A stretch of DNA of 46,537 nucleotides from an uncultured Candidatus Puniceispirillum sp. (GTDB lineage: Bacteria > Pseudomonadota > Alphaproteobacteria > Puniceispirillales > Puniceispirillaceae), in NCBI GenBank assembly GCA_964648035.1, contig CAZYKI010000003.1:1-46537 (forward strand). The letters are read 5' to 3'. Positions 18,748-28,934 of the stretch are shown piece by piece; the stretch's first letter is position 1, and each line of letters starts with the position of its first letter. A program made the position numbers and the translations under genes. The notes beneath the pieces are model-generated. The model was not told the origin of the DNA and did no database searches. It saw only the letters and a program-made list of their open reading frames with translations.

Positions 18748-19740
18748 ATGAAATATATCAGCAAAATGTTTGCTACAGCGATGGTCGCGTTGATGGCGGC
18801 TGGCGGGGTGGCGCAGGCTCAGGATATGAAATTCTGGCGGATCGGTACCGGCGGTACCGGCGGCACCTATTACCCGATCGGTGGTTTGATCGCGAATGCG
18901 ATTTCCAACCCGCCAGGATCACGCCCCTGCGACAAGGGTGGTAGCTGTGGTGTACCGGGGCTGGTTGCTATTGCGGTATCTACAAACGCGTCGGTAGCCA
19001 ACGCCAACGCCATTCAGGCGGGCCAGCTTGATGCCGGCTTGGCCGGTGCGCAGACCGTTGTGCAAAGCTACAAAGGTGAAGGCAAATTCGTCGGCAACCG
19101 CAAAGACAAGATTCGCGCGATTGCCAACCTTTATCCTGAGGATATGCACCTTGTCCTGCCAAAAGGGCAAAAGCTTGGTAGCCTGAAGGATTTGAATGGC
19201 AAGCGGGTCGGCGTGGCCGCTGCCGGATCTGGTACACAGGTATCGGTTCGCATGATCCTGAATCACTATGGCATCAAGGCAGATGAGCAAGAATTGAACG
19301 TCACGCAGAGTGCGCAGCGCCTAGCTGACGGTCAGATCGATGCCTTTTTCTATGCTGCCGGCACCCCGCTGGCTGCGCTGATCCAGCTTGGCTCAACCAA
19401 GGGCTTTGAGCTCTACAGCTTCTCAGCTGACGAGCAAAAGGAGATCAACAAGATCATCCCTTACTATGTTGAATCAAACATTCCGGCCGGTGAATATGAA
19501 AATATTGGCTATAACGTGAACACTGTTGCGGTGAACGGCCAGTTGATCACCTCAAGCGATCAGCCGGAAGATCTGGTTTACAATGTCACCAAGGCACTGT
19601 GGAACAAGAACACCCGCAAGCTGCTTGACAAAGGCCATTCAAAAGGCAAGGCGATCCGCGCCGAAACAGCCTTGAAAGGCATTTTGGTCCCGCTTCATCC
19701 GGGTGCCGAGCGCTTTTATAAAGAAGCTGGCATGATGTAA
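18748..19740 (+). CDS. TAXI-family TRAP transporter solute-binding protein
   Basis: Signal peptide ending AQA, IGTGGTGGTYYPIGG, GSGT, QIDAFFY and PLHPGA..FYKE. AAGGAGG RBS. Confidence 0.95.
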   Translation: MKYISKMFATAMVALMAAGGVAQAQDMKFWRIGTGGTGGTYYPIGGLIANAISNPPGSRPCDKGGSCGVPGLVAIAVSTNASVANANAIQAGQLDAGLAGAQTVVQSYKGEGKFVGNRKDKIRAIANLYPEDMHLVLPKGQKLGSLKDLNGKRVGVAAAGSGTQVSVRMILNHYGIKADEQELNVTQSAQRLADGQIDAFFYAAGTPLAALIQLGSTKGFELYSFSADEQKEINKIIPYYVESNIPAGEYENIGYNVNTVAVNGQLITSSDQPEDLVYNVTKALWNKNTRKLLDKGHSKGKAIRAETALKGILVPLHPGAERFYKEAGMM

Positions 19741-19752
19741 GACGATTCGCGA

Positions 19753-19777
19753 CAGGGGCGGCGGCATGCTGCCCCTG
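19753..19777 (+). terminator. GC-rich intercistronic hairpin after the binding-protein gene (mRNA stabiliser or attenuator)
   Basis: CAGGGGCGGC-ggcat-GCTGCCCCTG forms a 10-bp stem with one G-U pair. Only a weak T tract follows. Confidence 0.5.
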
Positions 19778-19840
19778 CTCGTTTTGATAGACTTTGTGTG
19801 AATAGATTTATCCGATACCAACCCGATAGGAACGCCCGTC

Positions 19841-21934
19841 ATGGAAAAATTCAGCCTGGAACGAGCCCTGTCCCTTGAGTCAAAATATGATGACTCGCTG
19901 GCCACCCGTCCCATCAGCGCATGGCTTGGGAAATTTGTTTTTTTCTTCAGCATTCTGTTTGCCCTTTATCATTACATCACGTCGGGAACCGGCGTGCCGG
20001 TCGATTACTGGCATATGGGCTTTCATCTGTCGGGCGTTATCTTATTGGTCTTCATTGCCTTTCCGGCACTAAAACGCGAAACCGGCGGCACGACCACCAA
20101 AACCGGATGGGGGCGCATTGCCGGCGTACCCCTTTATGACTGGCTGTTCATCGTTTGCGGCATAGCCGCATCGCTATACATCGGCATCACCTGGTATGAG
20201 ATAAAATTTACCCTGTTTGGCATCGATTTCTTTTTGCCCGAACAGGTATTACGGCAAGGCGCCCCGTTACCGATTGATGTGGTGTTTGGGTCAATCCTTG
20301 TTCTGGTCCTTCTCGAAGCGGTCCGCCGCACCATTGGCATTGTGGTACCGATCATTATTTTACTATTCATTTGCTACGCTATTTTTGGCCGTAGCATGCC
20401 GTTCCAGATTTTGATGCATCCGGGCATCAACTGGTCACAATTCATCAATAATATGTATTTCCCCGATATCGGTATCTATGGGATCACCCTATGGATTGTA
20501 TCGACGGTGGTGTTCCATTTCGTGCTGTTCGGGGTATTGGCACAACGCATTGGCCTTGGTCAGTTCTTTGTCGATCTTGCCACGGTGGCCGCGGGCCGCT
20601 ACACCGGCGGCCTTGCCAAGGTTTCGGTGGTTTCCTCGGCGCTGTTCGGCACCATTTCCGGCTCGTCGATTGCCAATACGGTGTCAACCGGGTCCCTGAC
20701 CATCCCGAATATGAAGCGGATGGGCTATCCGGGACATTTTGCCGGGGGTGTCGAAGCGGCGGCCAGTGCCGGTGGTCAGATCACCCCGCCAATCATGGGC
20801 GCGGCGGCGTTTGTGCTGGCCGAATTTCTGGAAATCTCATACAGCACAGTGGTGATTGCCGCCGCCGTGCCAGCCGCAATGCATTATATCGGGGTTATGT
20901 CGATCGTGCATTTCAAGGCCAAAAAGCTGGGGCTTCAAGGCATTCCAAAAGAAGAAATCCCGAAATTATGGACCGTGATCAAAAAAGGCTGGATGACCGC
21001 GGTGCCGTTGGTGGTGCTGATTTATGTGCTGTTCTCTGGCTATTCGCCGCACATGGCCGCCTTTTGGGGAATCACGATGATCTTGGTGGTTGGGTTTATC
21101 AACCCAAACCACCGAATTGGTATTGGTGATTTACTGGCCGGTGCCGCGCAAGGCGTCAAATACACCTTGTCGGTCGGTGCCGTCTGTGCCGCGATTGGCA
21201 TCGTTGTGGGCGTGGTCAATTCAACCGGGCTTGGCTTTCGGCTTGGCTTTATGGTGACCAACAGCGCCCTTGGCATGGGCGAAGCGGTGCAAAGCCTCTT
21301 TGCGTTCATCCCCTTTATCGATTTCAGCCTGAACCAGATCACCCTATTCATCTCGCTGATCTTGATCGCGGTTACCTGTATCATGATGGGGGCAGGCCTG
21401 CCGACAACCGCACTCTATGTGATGCTGGCAACCGTTGCACAACCGGCCCTTGGTAACCTTGGCGTGCCGCCTTTGGCGTCGCATTTGTTTGTTCTCTATT
21501 ACGGCGTCATTTCCGAGATTACGCCGCCGGTATGCGCCTCGGCCTATGCGGCGGCGGGTATCGCCGGGGCCAACCCGTTCCGCACCGGCCTATCAGCCTT
21601 TTCACTTGGTATCGGCAAGCTGCTGGTGCCGATGGTCTTTGTCTATTCACCGGCCATGCTGATTGTGTTGGACGATTACTTTACCTGGGCTGAATTCATT
21701 CACACCACCATCAGCTGTGGGGCCGGGGTACTGATGTTATCAGCCTCGGTAGCCGGGTATTTCCTTGTCAACATGAACGGCCCAAGCCGGGTATTGATGG
21801 CCATTGCTGGTTTGTTGATGGTGGCTCCAAGCTATACATCGGACCTCTATGCCCTATTGATGGCGTCACCGGTTTTGGCGTGGCAGATTTATGCCCGCTA
21901 TTTCGGGGCCGGACGCGCCCCCCGTGCGACCTGA
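19841..21934 (+). CDS. TRAP transporter fused 4TM/12TM permease (TAXI type)
   Basis: Highly hydrophobic. GTISGSSIAN, EAAASAGGQITPPIMGAAAF, GAGLPTT and ITPPV motifs. Confidence 0.95.
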   Translation: MEKFSLERALSLESKYDDSLATRPISAWLGKFVFFFSILFALYHYITSGTGVPVDYWHMGFHLSGVILLVFIAFPALKRETGGTTTKTGWGRIAGVPLYDWLFIVCGIAASLYIGITWYEIKFTLFGIDFFLPEQVLRQGAPLPIDVVFGSILVLVLLEAVRRTIGIVVPIIILLFICYAIFGRSMPFQILMHPGINWSQFINNMYFPDIGIYGITLWIVSTVVFHFVLFGVLAQRIGLGQFFVDLATVAAGRYTGGLAKVSVVSSALFGTISGSSIANTVSTGSLTIPNMKRMGYPGHFAGGVEAAASAGGQITPPIMGAAAFVLAEFLEISYSTVVIAAAVPAAMHYIGVMSIVHFKAKKLGLQGIPKEEIPKLWTVIKKGWMTAVPLVVLIYVLFSGYSPHMAAFWGITMILVVGFINPNHRIGIGDLLAGAAQGVKYTLSVGAVCAAIGIVVGVVNSTGLGFRLGFMVTNSALGMGEAVQSLFAFIPFIDFSLNQITLFISLILIAVTCIMMGAGLPTTALYVMLATVAQPALGNLGVPPLASHLFVLYYGVISEITPPVCASAYAAAGIAGANPFRTGLSAFSLGIGKLLVPMVFVYSPAMLIVLDDYFTWAEFIHTTISCGAGVLMLSASVAGYFLVNMNGPSRVLMAIAGLLMVAPSYTSDLYALLMASPVLAWQIYARYFGAGRAPRAT

Positions 21935-21944
21935 TGCGGATCAT

Positions 21945-22298
21945 ATGATGCAACCGACATCGCGGCATAGTGCGCAAATCTATCATTGGGGTGATGGCGG
22001 GGCGGGCTGGCGCCTTGTTGATGAGGCCGGATTAAGCGTGATCGAAGAAACGCTTGAACCGGGCACCGGTGAAGTTTTGCACTACCATCAACGGGCAGCG
22101 CAATGTTTCTACATGATCGACGGCGCGGCCATTATGCATATCGACAAAGACACGGTCCGGCTCGATACCGGCATGGCGCTTCATGTCCCGCCTGGCACCG
22201 TCCATGCGATCACTAATGACGGGCGGCAGACGATCCGTTTTCTGGTGATTTCGGCACCCACAACACGCGGGGATCGGCACTCTGCCGATAGGGCGTGA
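21945..22298 (+). CDS. Cupin domain protein
   Basis: HYH...Q.FY...G and VPPGTVHAITN cupin motifs. Overlaps the next gene. Confidence 0.8.
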   Translation: MMQPTSRHSAQIYHWGDGGAGWRLVDEAGLSVIEETLEPGTGEVLHYHQRAAQCFYMIDGAAIMHIDKDTVRLDTGMALHVPPGTVHAITNDGRQTIRFLVISAPTTRGDRHSADRA

Positions 22299-23554
22299 TG
22301 CCCGCGCCCGCGACCAACATTGATGTTGCCGTCATCGGTGCCGGCATCATTGGGGTCTGTACCGCGTTGGAACTGGCCGAGCGCGGCTTGCATGTGGCGA
22401 TATTTGATCCGGCGGCGGTGTGCAGCAAGACAAGCTATGGCAATGCCGGCGTTATTTCGCCATGGACCTGTGTCCCGCAGGCGGTGCCTGGGCTATGGAA
22501 GCATCTTCCCGGTTGGTTGATCAGGCCGGACGGGCCGGTCTCGATCCGGCCGGGCTATTTACCGCGCTTCCTTCCCTGGGCGTTACGGTTTTTGGCGGCA
22601 GGTAAGGCCGACCGGCTAGACCCGATAGGCGATGCGATGTTTGCCCTCAGCAACGGCAGCGTCGATGGCTATAAGCAGCGTCTTGCCGGCACGGGCAAGG
22701 CCCATCTTGTTCGTGATTCACTCTATGTCCATGTCTATCGCGACCCGGCGGCCGCATCGCTTGACCATCTTGGCTGGCAAATGCGGCAACAGCGGCAGGT
22801 CCCTGTCGACCGTATCGGTGCCGATGATTTACGCATGATCGAGCCCGAATTGGCCGATGAATTTCGGGCGGCGATTATTATAAAACGTCAGGGCCGGGCC
22901 AGTGATCCTGCCGGCATTGGTGTGGCGCTGGCCGCAAAGGCGATCGCCCGCGGGGCGACCCATATCCAAAGCCGGGTCACAGCGATCAGGCCTGACACTG
23001 GTCAAGGGTGCCAGATCATTACCGACAGCCGCACCTATCAGGTTGGCAAGATCGTCTTGGCTGCCGGCATTTGGTCGCGGCAGCTATTGGCCGATTTTGG
23101 CTTTACCCTGCCGTTGGAGGCCGAACGCGGATATCACCTTTTGTTGCGTGACCCCGGAATAGATCTGAACAACTCAATTATGGATGCCGATGGAAAATAT
23201 GTTGCCAGCTCGATGGATGCCGGCATTCGCATCGCCGGCACCGCCGAATTTTCCGGCCTTGATACAGCGCCCAATTATGCGCGGGCGCGGCGCTTTGCCA
23301 AACAGGCACGCCAGCTGTTTCCGCGGATCAATTGTGACCGGCCCGAAGAATGGATGGGGGCGCGCCCCAGCTTTCCCGATAGCCTGCCATGCCTTGGCGA
23401 GATTCCCGGGTTGACCGGAATCATCGCTGCATTTGGCCATTCGCATTACGGGCTTGGCATGGCACCCGGCACCAGCATGATCATTGCCGATTGCGTGACC
23501 GGCCGCCGTCCGCGCGTGGATATGGCGCCCTATCACATAGGCCGGTTCCAATGA
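22295..23554 (+). CDS. D-amino acid dehydrogenase-like FAD oxidoreductase (DadA family)
   Basis: GAGIIG, TSYGNAG, ERGYH, WMGARPS.PDSLP and FGHSHYGL. Confidence 0.88.
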   Translation: MMPAPATNIDVAVIGAGIIGVCTALELAERGLHVAIFDPAAVCSKTSYGNAGVISPWTCVPQAVPGLWKHLPGWLIRPDGPVSIRPGYLPRFLPWALRFLAAGKADRLDPIGDAMFALSNGSVDGYKQRLAGTGKAHLVRDSLYVHVYRDPAAASLDHLGWQMRQQRQVPVDRIGADDLRMIEPELADEFRAAIIIKRQGRASDPAGIGVALAAKAIARGATHIQSRVTAIRPDTGQGCQIITDSRTYQVGKIVLAAGIWSRQLLADFGFTLPLEAERGYHLLLRDPGIDLNNSIMDADGKYVASSMDAGIRIAGTAEFSGLDTAPNYARARRFAKQARQLFPRINCDRPEEWMGARPSFPDSLPCLGEIPGLTGIIAAFGHSHYGLGMAPGTSMIIADCVTGRRPRVDMAPYHIGRFQ

Positions 23555-24687
23555 CCACGCCGATCAAGACCAACTGGGATGCGATTATTGCCGGGGGCGG
23601 GCTGATCGGGCTGGCTGTCGGCTATGGGCTTGGCCGCCGCGGCTTGTCGGTACTGGTGTTGGATGAGGGCGATACCGCGCTGCGGGCGGCGCGCGGTAAT
23701 TTTGGGCTTGTCTGGGTACAGGGCAAGGGCGCCTATTATGAACCCTATGCCGATTGGACGATGCGGTCATCACAGCTCTGGCCGCAACTAGCTGATGAAC
23801 TGCAGGCGCTTGGGGGGCCGGCGCTTGGCTTGGCACAAAAAGGGGGTCTGACAATTTGCCTGAGTGACGAAGAGATGCAGCAGCGGCAGGCAAAACTCGA
23901 ACATCTACGCGCGCATCAAAATGGTCGATTTCATTTTGAAATGCTTGATCGGACAGCATTAAAAGACTTGGTTCCCGGGATCGGCCCGCATGTTGTTGGC
24001 GCCGCTTATTGTCCACATGACGGCCATGTTAATCCGTTGTTTTTGATGCGCGCGCTCATTACCGGTATCGAATCACAGGGGGGCCAGTTTTGTGGAAATG
24101 CCCCGATGACCGCTGTTGAAAAAACTGGCGCCGACATGCGGGTCAGCACCGCGGCCGGCAAATTTACCTGCAGCCGGCTGGTGCTGGCAGCCGGCCTCGC
24201 CAACAAAAAGCTGGCGCCAATGATCGGCCTGTCACAGTCTTTGCGGCCACAAAAAGGGCAGGTCATTGTCACCGAAAAACTTGATCAACAGCTGACGTTA
24301 CCAACCCTTTTATTGCGGCAAACCGCTGAAGGGGGGCTGATGATTGGTGACAGTCATGAAGATGACACCACCGATATCGGCGTCTCGGCAGACATTATCA
24401 GTGGCATTGCCGACCGGGCCTTGGCCACTTTGCCGGCCTTGGCCGATGTCGGCGTTGTCCGCAGCTGGGCCGCGTTGCGGGTGATGAGCCAAGATGGCTA
24501 TCCCATTTATGACCAGTCCGAGACCATGCCCGGCGCATTTGCCCTATCCTGCCACAGCGGTGTGACCTTGTCGGCAGCTCATGCGTTTGATCTGGCCGGC
24601 TATGTTGCCGATGCACGTCTTGGCGCCGAACTTGCCGGCTTTTCAGAAGGACGATTTCATGTTCAGACCAATAGCCAAACAGCCTGA
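23551..24687 (+). CDS. Flavin opine dehydrogenase/HcnC-like catalytic subunit B1 (DAO family)
   Basis: GGGLIG, RAARGNFGLVWVQGKG, DGHVNP, WAALRVM and CHSGVTL. ATGA overlap with the upstream gene. Confidence 0.87.
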   Translation: MTTPIKTNWDAIIAGGGLIGLAVGYGLGRRGLSVLVLDEGDTALRAARGNFGLVWVQGKGAYYEPYADWTMRSSQLWPQLADELQALGGPALGLAQKGGLTICLSDEEMQQRQAKLEHLRAHQNGRFHFEMLDRTALKDLVPGIGPHVVGAAYCPHDGHVNPLFLMRALITGIESQGGQFCGNAPMTAVEKTGADMRVSTAAGKFTCSRLVLAAGLANKKLAPMIGLSQSLRPQKGQVIVTEKLDQQLTLPTLLLRQTAEGGLMIGDSHEDDTTDIGVSADIISGIADRALATLPALADVGVVRSWAALRVMSQDGYPIYDQSETMPGAFALSCHSGVTLSAAHAFDLAGYVADARLGAELAGFSEGRFHVQTNSQTA

Positions 24688-24970
24688 CCGACCGATCACG
24701 ATACAGTTTGAGTCGCAAACGATCGAAGCCAGCCGTGATGATACGGTGGCAGCCGCCTTGTTGCGAGCGGGCATTTTGCAGTTTCGCTATGCCACAGCGC
24801 AAGAGCCGCGCGGTCCATTCTGCATGATGGGCACCTGTTTTGACTGTCTTGTCGAAATCGACGGCAAACCAAACCGACAAGCCTGCCAGACCATTGTGCG
24901 CAACGGCATGGTGGTGCGGCGGCAACCGGCGCCCGTCGCCGCGACACCGGACGAGAGGGCAAAACCATGA
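24659..24970 (+). CDS. 2Fe-2S subunit C of an opine dehydrogenase/HcnA-like complex
   Basis: RGPFCMMGTCFDCLVEIDG..N.QAC. GAAGGA RBS before ATG 24659. Confidence 0.9.
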   Translation: MFRPIAKQPDRPITIQFESQTIEASRDDTVAAALLRAGILQFRYATAQEPRGPFCMMGTCFDCLVEIDGKPNRQACQTIVRNGMVVRRQPAPVAATPDERAKP

Positions 24971-26355
24971 CCATAAACCACTATCAAGTGGCGGTGATTG
25001 GTGCCGGACCGGCCGGATTGCGCGCCGCCATTACCGCGGCCAAGGCCGGCCTGACCACCCTGTTGATTGACGACCAGCCGGCGATCGGCGGACAAGTCTA
25101 TCGCAACCTTGCCCATAACAAAGATGCGGCACCGGCCTATCTTGGCAGCGGCTATTTTGCCGGAACGCGGTTACTGGCCACCTTTTCCCAGTTTGATGGG
25201 GTTTATTGGCCACAAACCACCGTCTGGCAGATTACCAATGACCGCCAGATAGCCATTACCCGGAACGGCAGCGCCGCACTGGTCGATGCCGACCATATCG
25301 TGATTGCGACCGGGGCGATCGAAAGAGCAATGCCGGTGAGCGGCTGGACCTTGCCAGGGGTGATGACTGTTGGCGGCGCGCAAACTTTGCTAAAGCAAGC
25401 GGCGGTTGGCGCAGAAGATGCGGTCTTTGTCGGCAATGGCCCCCTTCTTTATCTGACCGCGGCGCAATATATCCGGGCCGGATTGCCGGTACGCGCGGTG
25501 CTTGACACCACCGGTCCAAAAGCGTGGCGCGCCGCCGCCATCCATGCGGCGCTGGCACTTTTTCAACCAGCGATGTTGACCAAGGGATTGTCGTGGCTTT
25601 CGACAATCCGCCGTCACACACGCTATGTCACAGGGGTTACCGCGGTTCGCATCAACGGCGATGATGCGGCCACAGCCATATCTTTTGATACCGCCGGAGG
25701 ACCAAGCGAGACGATAGACACCGCCCATGTCTTTCTGCATCAGGGTGTTATCCCGAACATCAATCTGACGATGGCCACCGGCCTTGATCATGTCTGGGAT
25801 CGGGTCAACCATTGCTGGCGGCCGGTGGTCGATCAGACCGGCCAAAGCTCGAACCCCGCTATCTATATCGCGGGTGACGGCGGCGGGATCGCTGGGGCGG
25901 CCGCGGCCGCGCTATCGGGCGCTATTGCGGCTGAGGCGATTATCCGCCGGGTCAAACCGGCCGCCGCCCCCTTAATAGCGCGGCTTGGGCAAAGGCTGTT
26001 ATTATGGCAACAGGGTGCGGCGCGGCCATTTCTTGACCGGCTCTATCAACCGGATCCGGCGTTTCGCCTGCCGTCGTCGGATGACACGATTGTCTGCCGG
26101 TGCGAGTCGGTGACCAAAGCTGATATTGCCGCCAGCCTTGGCGATGCGGTGACCGGACCAAACCAGTTAAAGGCATTCTGCCGCGCCGGTATGGGGCGCT
26201 GTCAGGGGCGCAGCTGTGGCCTGATCGTTCAAGAAATGATTGCCAATGACCGCCGGCAAACGATGGCTGACACCGGCTATTACCGGGTTCGGCCACCGGT
26301 CAAGCCCGTTACCTTGGCTGAATTGGCCAGCCTGGACGGACCATGGCCGGGATAA
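24967..26355 (+). CDS. Opine dehydrogenase/oxidase subunit A (OoxA/HcnB-like) with C-terminal BFD-like Fe-S domain
   Basis: GAGPAG, ATGAIER, GWTLPGVM, CRCE and RAGMGRCQGRSC...RPP. Confidence 0.9.
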   Translation: MTINHYQVAVIGAGPAGLRAAITAAKAGLTTLLIDDQPAIGGQVYRNLAHNKDAAPAYLGSGYFAGTRLLATFSQFDGVYWPQTTVWQITNDRQIAITRNGSAALVDADHIVIATGAIERAMPVSGWTLPGVMTVGGAQTLLKQAAVGAEDAVFVGNGPLLYLTAAQYIRAGLPVRAVLDTTGPKAWRAAAIHAALALFQPAMLTKGLSWLSTIRRHTRYVTGVTAVRINGDDAATAISFDTAGGPSETIDTAHVFLHQGVIPNINLTMATGLDHVWDRVNHCWRPVVDQTGQSSNPAIYIAGDGGGIAGAAAAALSGAIAAEAIIRRVKPAAAPLIARLGQRLLLWQQGAARPFLDRLYQPDPAFRLPSSDDTIVCRCESVTKADIAASLGDAVTGPNQLKAFCRAGMGRCQGRSCGLIVQEMIANDRRQTMADTGYYRVRPPVKPVTLAELASLDGPWPG

Positions 26356-27476
26356 GCAAACCAACCGCCGCGCGACCGGTTGTGATCATCGGTGCCGGCA
26401 TTCAAGGCTGTGCAACGGCGTTTTTTCTGAGCCGCCGCGGCCTGCCGGTCATCGTGCTGGAAAAGGATCATGTCGCACGTCACGCCTCGGGGGTCAATGC
26501 GGGCGGTGTGCGGCGCCTTGGTCGCGACATCGTCGAGGTCCCCTTATCGCTTGCGGCGATGGATTGGTGGAGCCAAATTGACGATTTGCTGCATATCAAA
26601 AACGGGTTTCATCGCCATAGTTATGTCAAGCTGGCACTTGATGACAAGGGCGTCACGATCGCCACCGACCGGCTGGCCGCGATGCATGCCGCCGGCTTTA
26701 CGCATGAGGTCTGGATCGATCGGGACCAGCTGCAAGCCCGCATTCCAGCCGCCGTCAAAACCGCGCATGGCGGTATTCTGGTTGAGGGGGACGGATGGGC
26801 TATTCCTTGGCAAATTACCCGTGCCTTTCATGATCGCGCCGTGGCGCTTGGCGCCGACTTTCGGATGCCGGTTGCGGTTCAAGGCTTGCGCCGCATCGCC
26901 GATCATTGGCAGGTCGACACCGACAGCGGTATGATCGAGGCGGATTATCTGGTGAATTGTGCCGGCGCCTGGGGGGCGCGGATCGCGGCAATGGCCGGTG
27001 ATGATCTACCCCTTGAGGCCCATGCCCCCATGCTTGTTGTCACCGACCGGCAACCGCATTTTCTGGATGCGGTGATTGGCATTATGGGCGCGACCCTGTC
27101 TTTCAAACAGCTCGACAACGGGGCGATGGTGATTGGCGGTGGTGTGCGTGGTCGGGCCGAACCGGCAACGAATGGAACCATCTTGCCGCCCGCAGGGCTG
27201 GCCGAATTTACCGCGACCGCATTGCGTGTCTTTCCCCATTTAGGTGACATCGCCGTGCTTCGCGCCTGGGGCGGAATCGAGGGCTATACCCCCGATCATC
27301 TGCCGATCATCGGCCGTGGTAGCCAGCCTGGCATCATTCACGGGTTTGGCTTTTCAGCGCATGGATTCCAGCTTGGGCCCGCGGTGGGTGAAGCCCTTGC
27401 CGACCTCACTATGGCCCGGCAACCACGCGTTAATCTGGACGCCTTTGCCCCAGAGCGCTTCACGCCAGCACCGTGA
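26343..27476 (+). CDS. Second DAO-family flavoprotein subunit (B2) of the opine-dehydrogenase-like operon
   Basis: GAGIQG, HASGVNAGGVR, NCAGAW and GFSAHGFQLGP. Overlaps the subunit A stop. Confidence 0.86.
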   Translation: MAGISKPTAARPVVIIGAGIQGCATAFFLSRRGLPVIVLEKDHVARHASGVNAGGVRRLGRDIVEVPLSLAAMDWWSQIDDLLHIKNGFHRHSYVKLALDDKGVTIATDRLAAMHAAGFTHEVWIDRDQLQARIPAAVKTAHGGILVEGDGWAIPWQITRAFHDRAVALGADFRMPVAVQGLRRIADHWQVDTDSGMIEADYLVNCAGAWGARIAAMAGDDLPLEAHAPMLVVTDRQPHFLDAVIGIMGATLSFKQLDNGAMVIGGGVRGRAEPATNGTILPPAGLAEFTATALRVFPHLGDIAVLRAWGGIEGYTPDHLPIIGRGSQPGIIHGFGFSAHGFQLGPAVGEALADLTMARQPRVNLDAFAPERFTPAP

Positions 27477-27482
27477 AACGAT

Positions 27483-28778
27483 CTATTTTGATGTCGTGCC
27501 AAGCCGGTCGCGGATCGCATAATAGCGCATCGCCAACGGCAGGAACCACGGCTCGCCGGAATAAAATGGCATCGTTCTGAACGGCAGATTCTGAAACACG
27601 CTGCCGTCCAAATCGCCAAGCACCATATGCGCCGCCTTTTGGCCAAGCCAGCGCGCCCAGACCGTGCCAGACCCACAATAGCCGGATGGATAAATCACCC
27701 CGTCATGAACGGCCAGCTTTGGCAATTGGTCAAACGGAAACGCCACAAAGCCAAACCAGTGATGCGTGACCGCCACATCGGCCAGTTGCGGGAAAATGGA
27801 CACCAGCCCGTCTTTCAACCGGTTGCGTGCCTTGGCCGGGTCAGGGTTCATCCGGCGGCCGCCAAGCAGGATCCTTTTGCCATCAGGGGACGGCCGATAG
27901 TAATGGCCCAGCTGCAATGCCTCGCCATACATGCCAAGGCTTGGCATCAAGCTCCGCACCATGTTTTCACCAATTTCCTCGGTCGCAATCATCTCGGAAA
28001 TCACCGGCACAAGCCGCCGCCGCAACCACGGCTGCGCCGAATCCGTATAGGCATTGGTGGCGCTGATCACATGGCCAGCGCGCACCGGGCCACGATCGGT
28101 TTCAATTAAAAAGCTCGACTCGGCCGGCGCATACGCATCGCGCGTGACCGCTCTCACCGGGGTGCCGCTGGATATCTTCACCCCGCTCGCCACCGCCAAG
28201 CGGCACATGCCGGCCAACAGCTTGGCCGGATGGATGCCGCCAATATCGTCGCGCCACATGCCGCCGCAATAGCGCGCACTGTCGATATGGTCCGGCAGGC
28301 TTGTCCGGTCATGCACCTCGGCACGGATACCGAGAAGCGTGCCAAGCCGGTCAGCGTCACGCCGCATGGTATCAAGCGAGTCAGGCCGCAAGGCCCCAAC
28401 AAGCCGGCCACAGGGCTGCAAGTCGCACTCAATCCCCTCATTGGTGATAAACGCATATAAATCGGCGCGCGCTGCCGCGGCTTCACGATAAAAGGCGGCG
28501 GCTTGATCCGGCCCGAACCGTCGTGACAAATCATCAAACGACAGGCGTATATTACCGCTGGTAATGCCCCCATTGCGGGTTGAGGCACCACTGCCGATTT
28601 GTGCGGCTTCGAGAACCAGCACCGCAAGCCCCGCCCGCGCCAACGGGATCGCCGCCCCAAAGCCGGTAAAGCCACCACCAATAATCACAACATCAACACG
28701 GGCTGGCCAGCTCTCAAGCCTAAAATCCTGTGGCGGCGCTGCCTCCCACCAATAGGGGTGATCAAGAATGTCAGGCAT
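27483..28778 (-). CDS. FAD-dependent amine oxidoreductase (PuuB/OrdL-like, DAO family)
   Basis: PYWW start, GGGFTG, GASTRNGG, ATNAY and GYCGSG. GGAG RBS before ATG 28778. Confidence 0.85.
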   Translation of the reverse strand: MPDILDHPYWWEAAPPQDFRLESWPARVDVVIIGGGFTGFGAAIPLARAGLAVLVLEAAQIGSGASTRNGGITSGNIRLSFDDLSRRFGPDQAAAFYREAAAARADLYAFITNEGIECDLQPCGRLVGALRPDSLDTMRRDADRLGTLLGIRAEVHDRTSLPDHIDSARYCGGMWRDDIGGIHPAKLLAGMCRLAVASGVKISSGTPVRAVTRDAYAPAESSFLIETDRGPVRAGHVISATNAYTDSAQPWLRRRLVPVISEMIATEEIGENMVRSLMPSLGMYGEALQLGHYYRPSPDGKRILLGGRRMNPDPAKARNRLKDGLVSIFPQLADVAVTHHWFGFVAFPFDQLPKLAVHDGVIYPSGYCGSGTVWARWLGQKAAHMVLGDLDGSVFQNLPFRTMPFYSGEPWFLPLAMRYYAIRDRLGTTSK

Positions 28779-28934
28779 TGATAGGCGCTCCGTGCAAAGA
28801 CCCTTGTTATCTGTCAAAATGACAGTAAATCATGCCGCCTTTATGCGCTGATATCAATTGATCAAATTATCTGTTGGGCTGTGGTCATTCTGCGATAAGC
28901 TGCCAACAGAACAGCAACCGAAACGGGGCCAGAT

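Noticed and set aside
23551-26355. Hydrogen cyanide synthase hcnABC
   Set aside because: The subunits are homologous, but the order is B-C-A-B with an importer and LysR. That fits catabolic opine/imino-acid dehydrogenases better than hcnABC.
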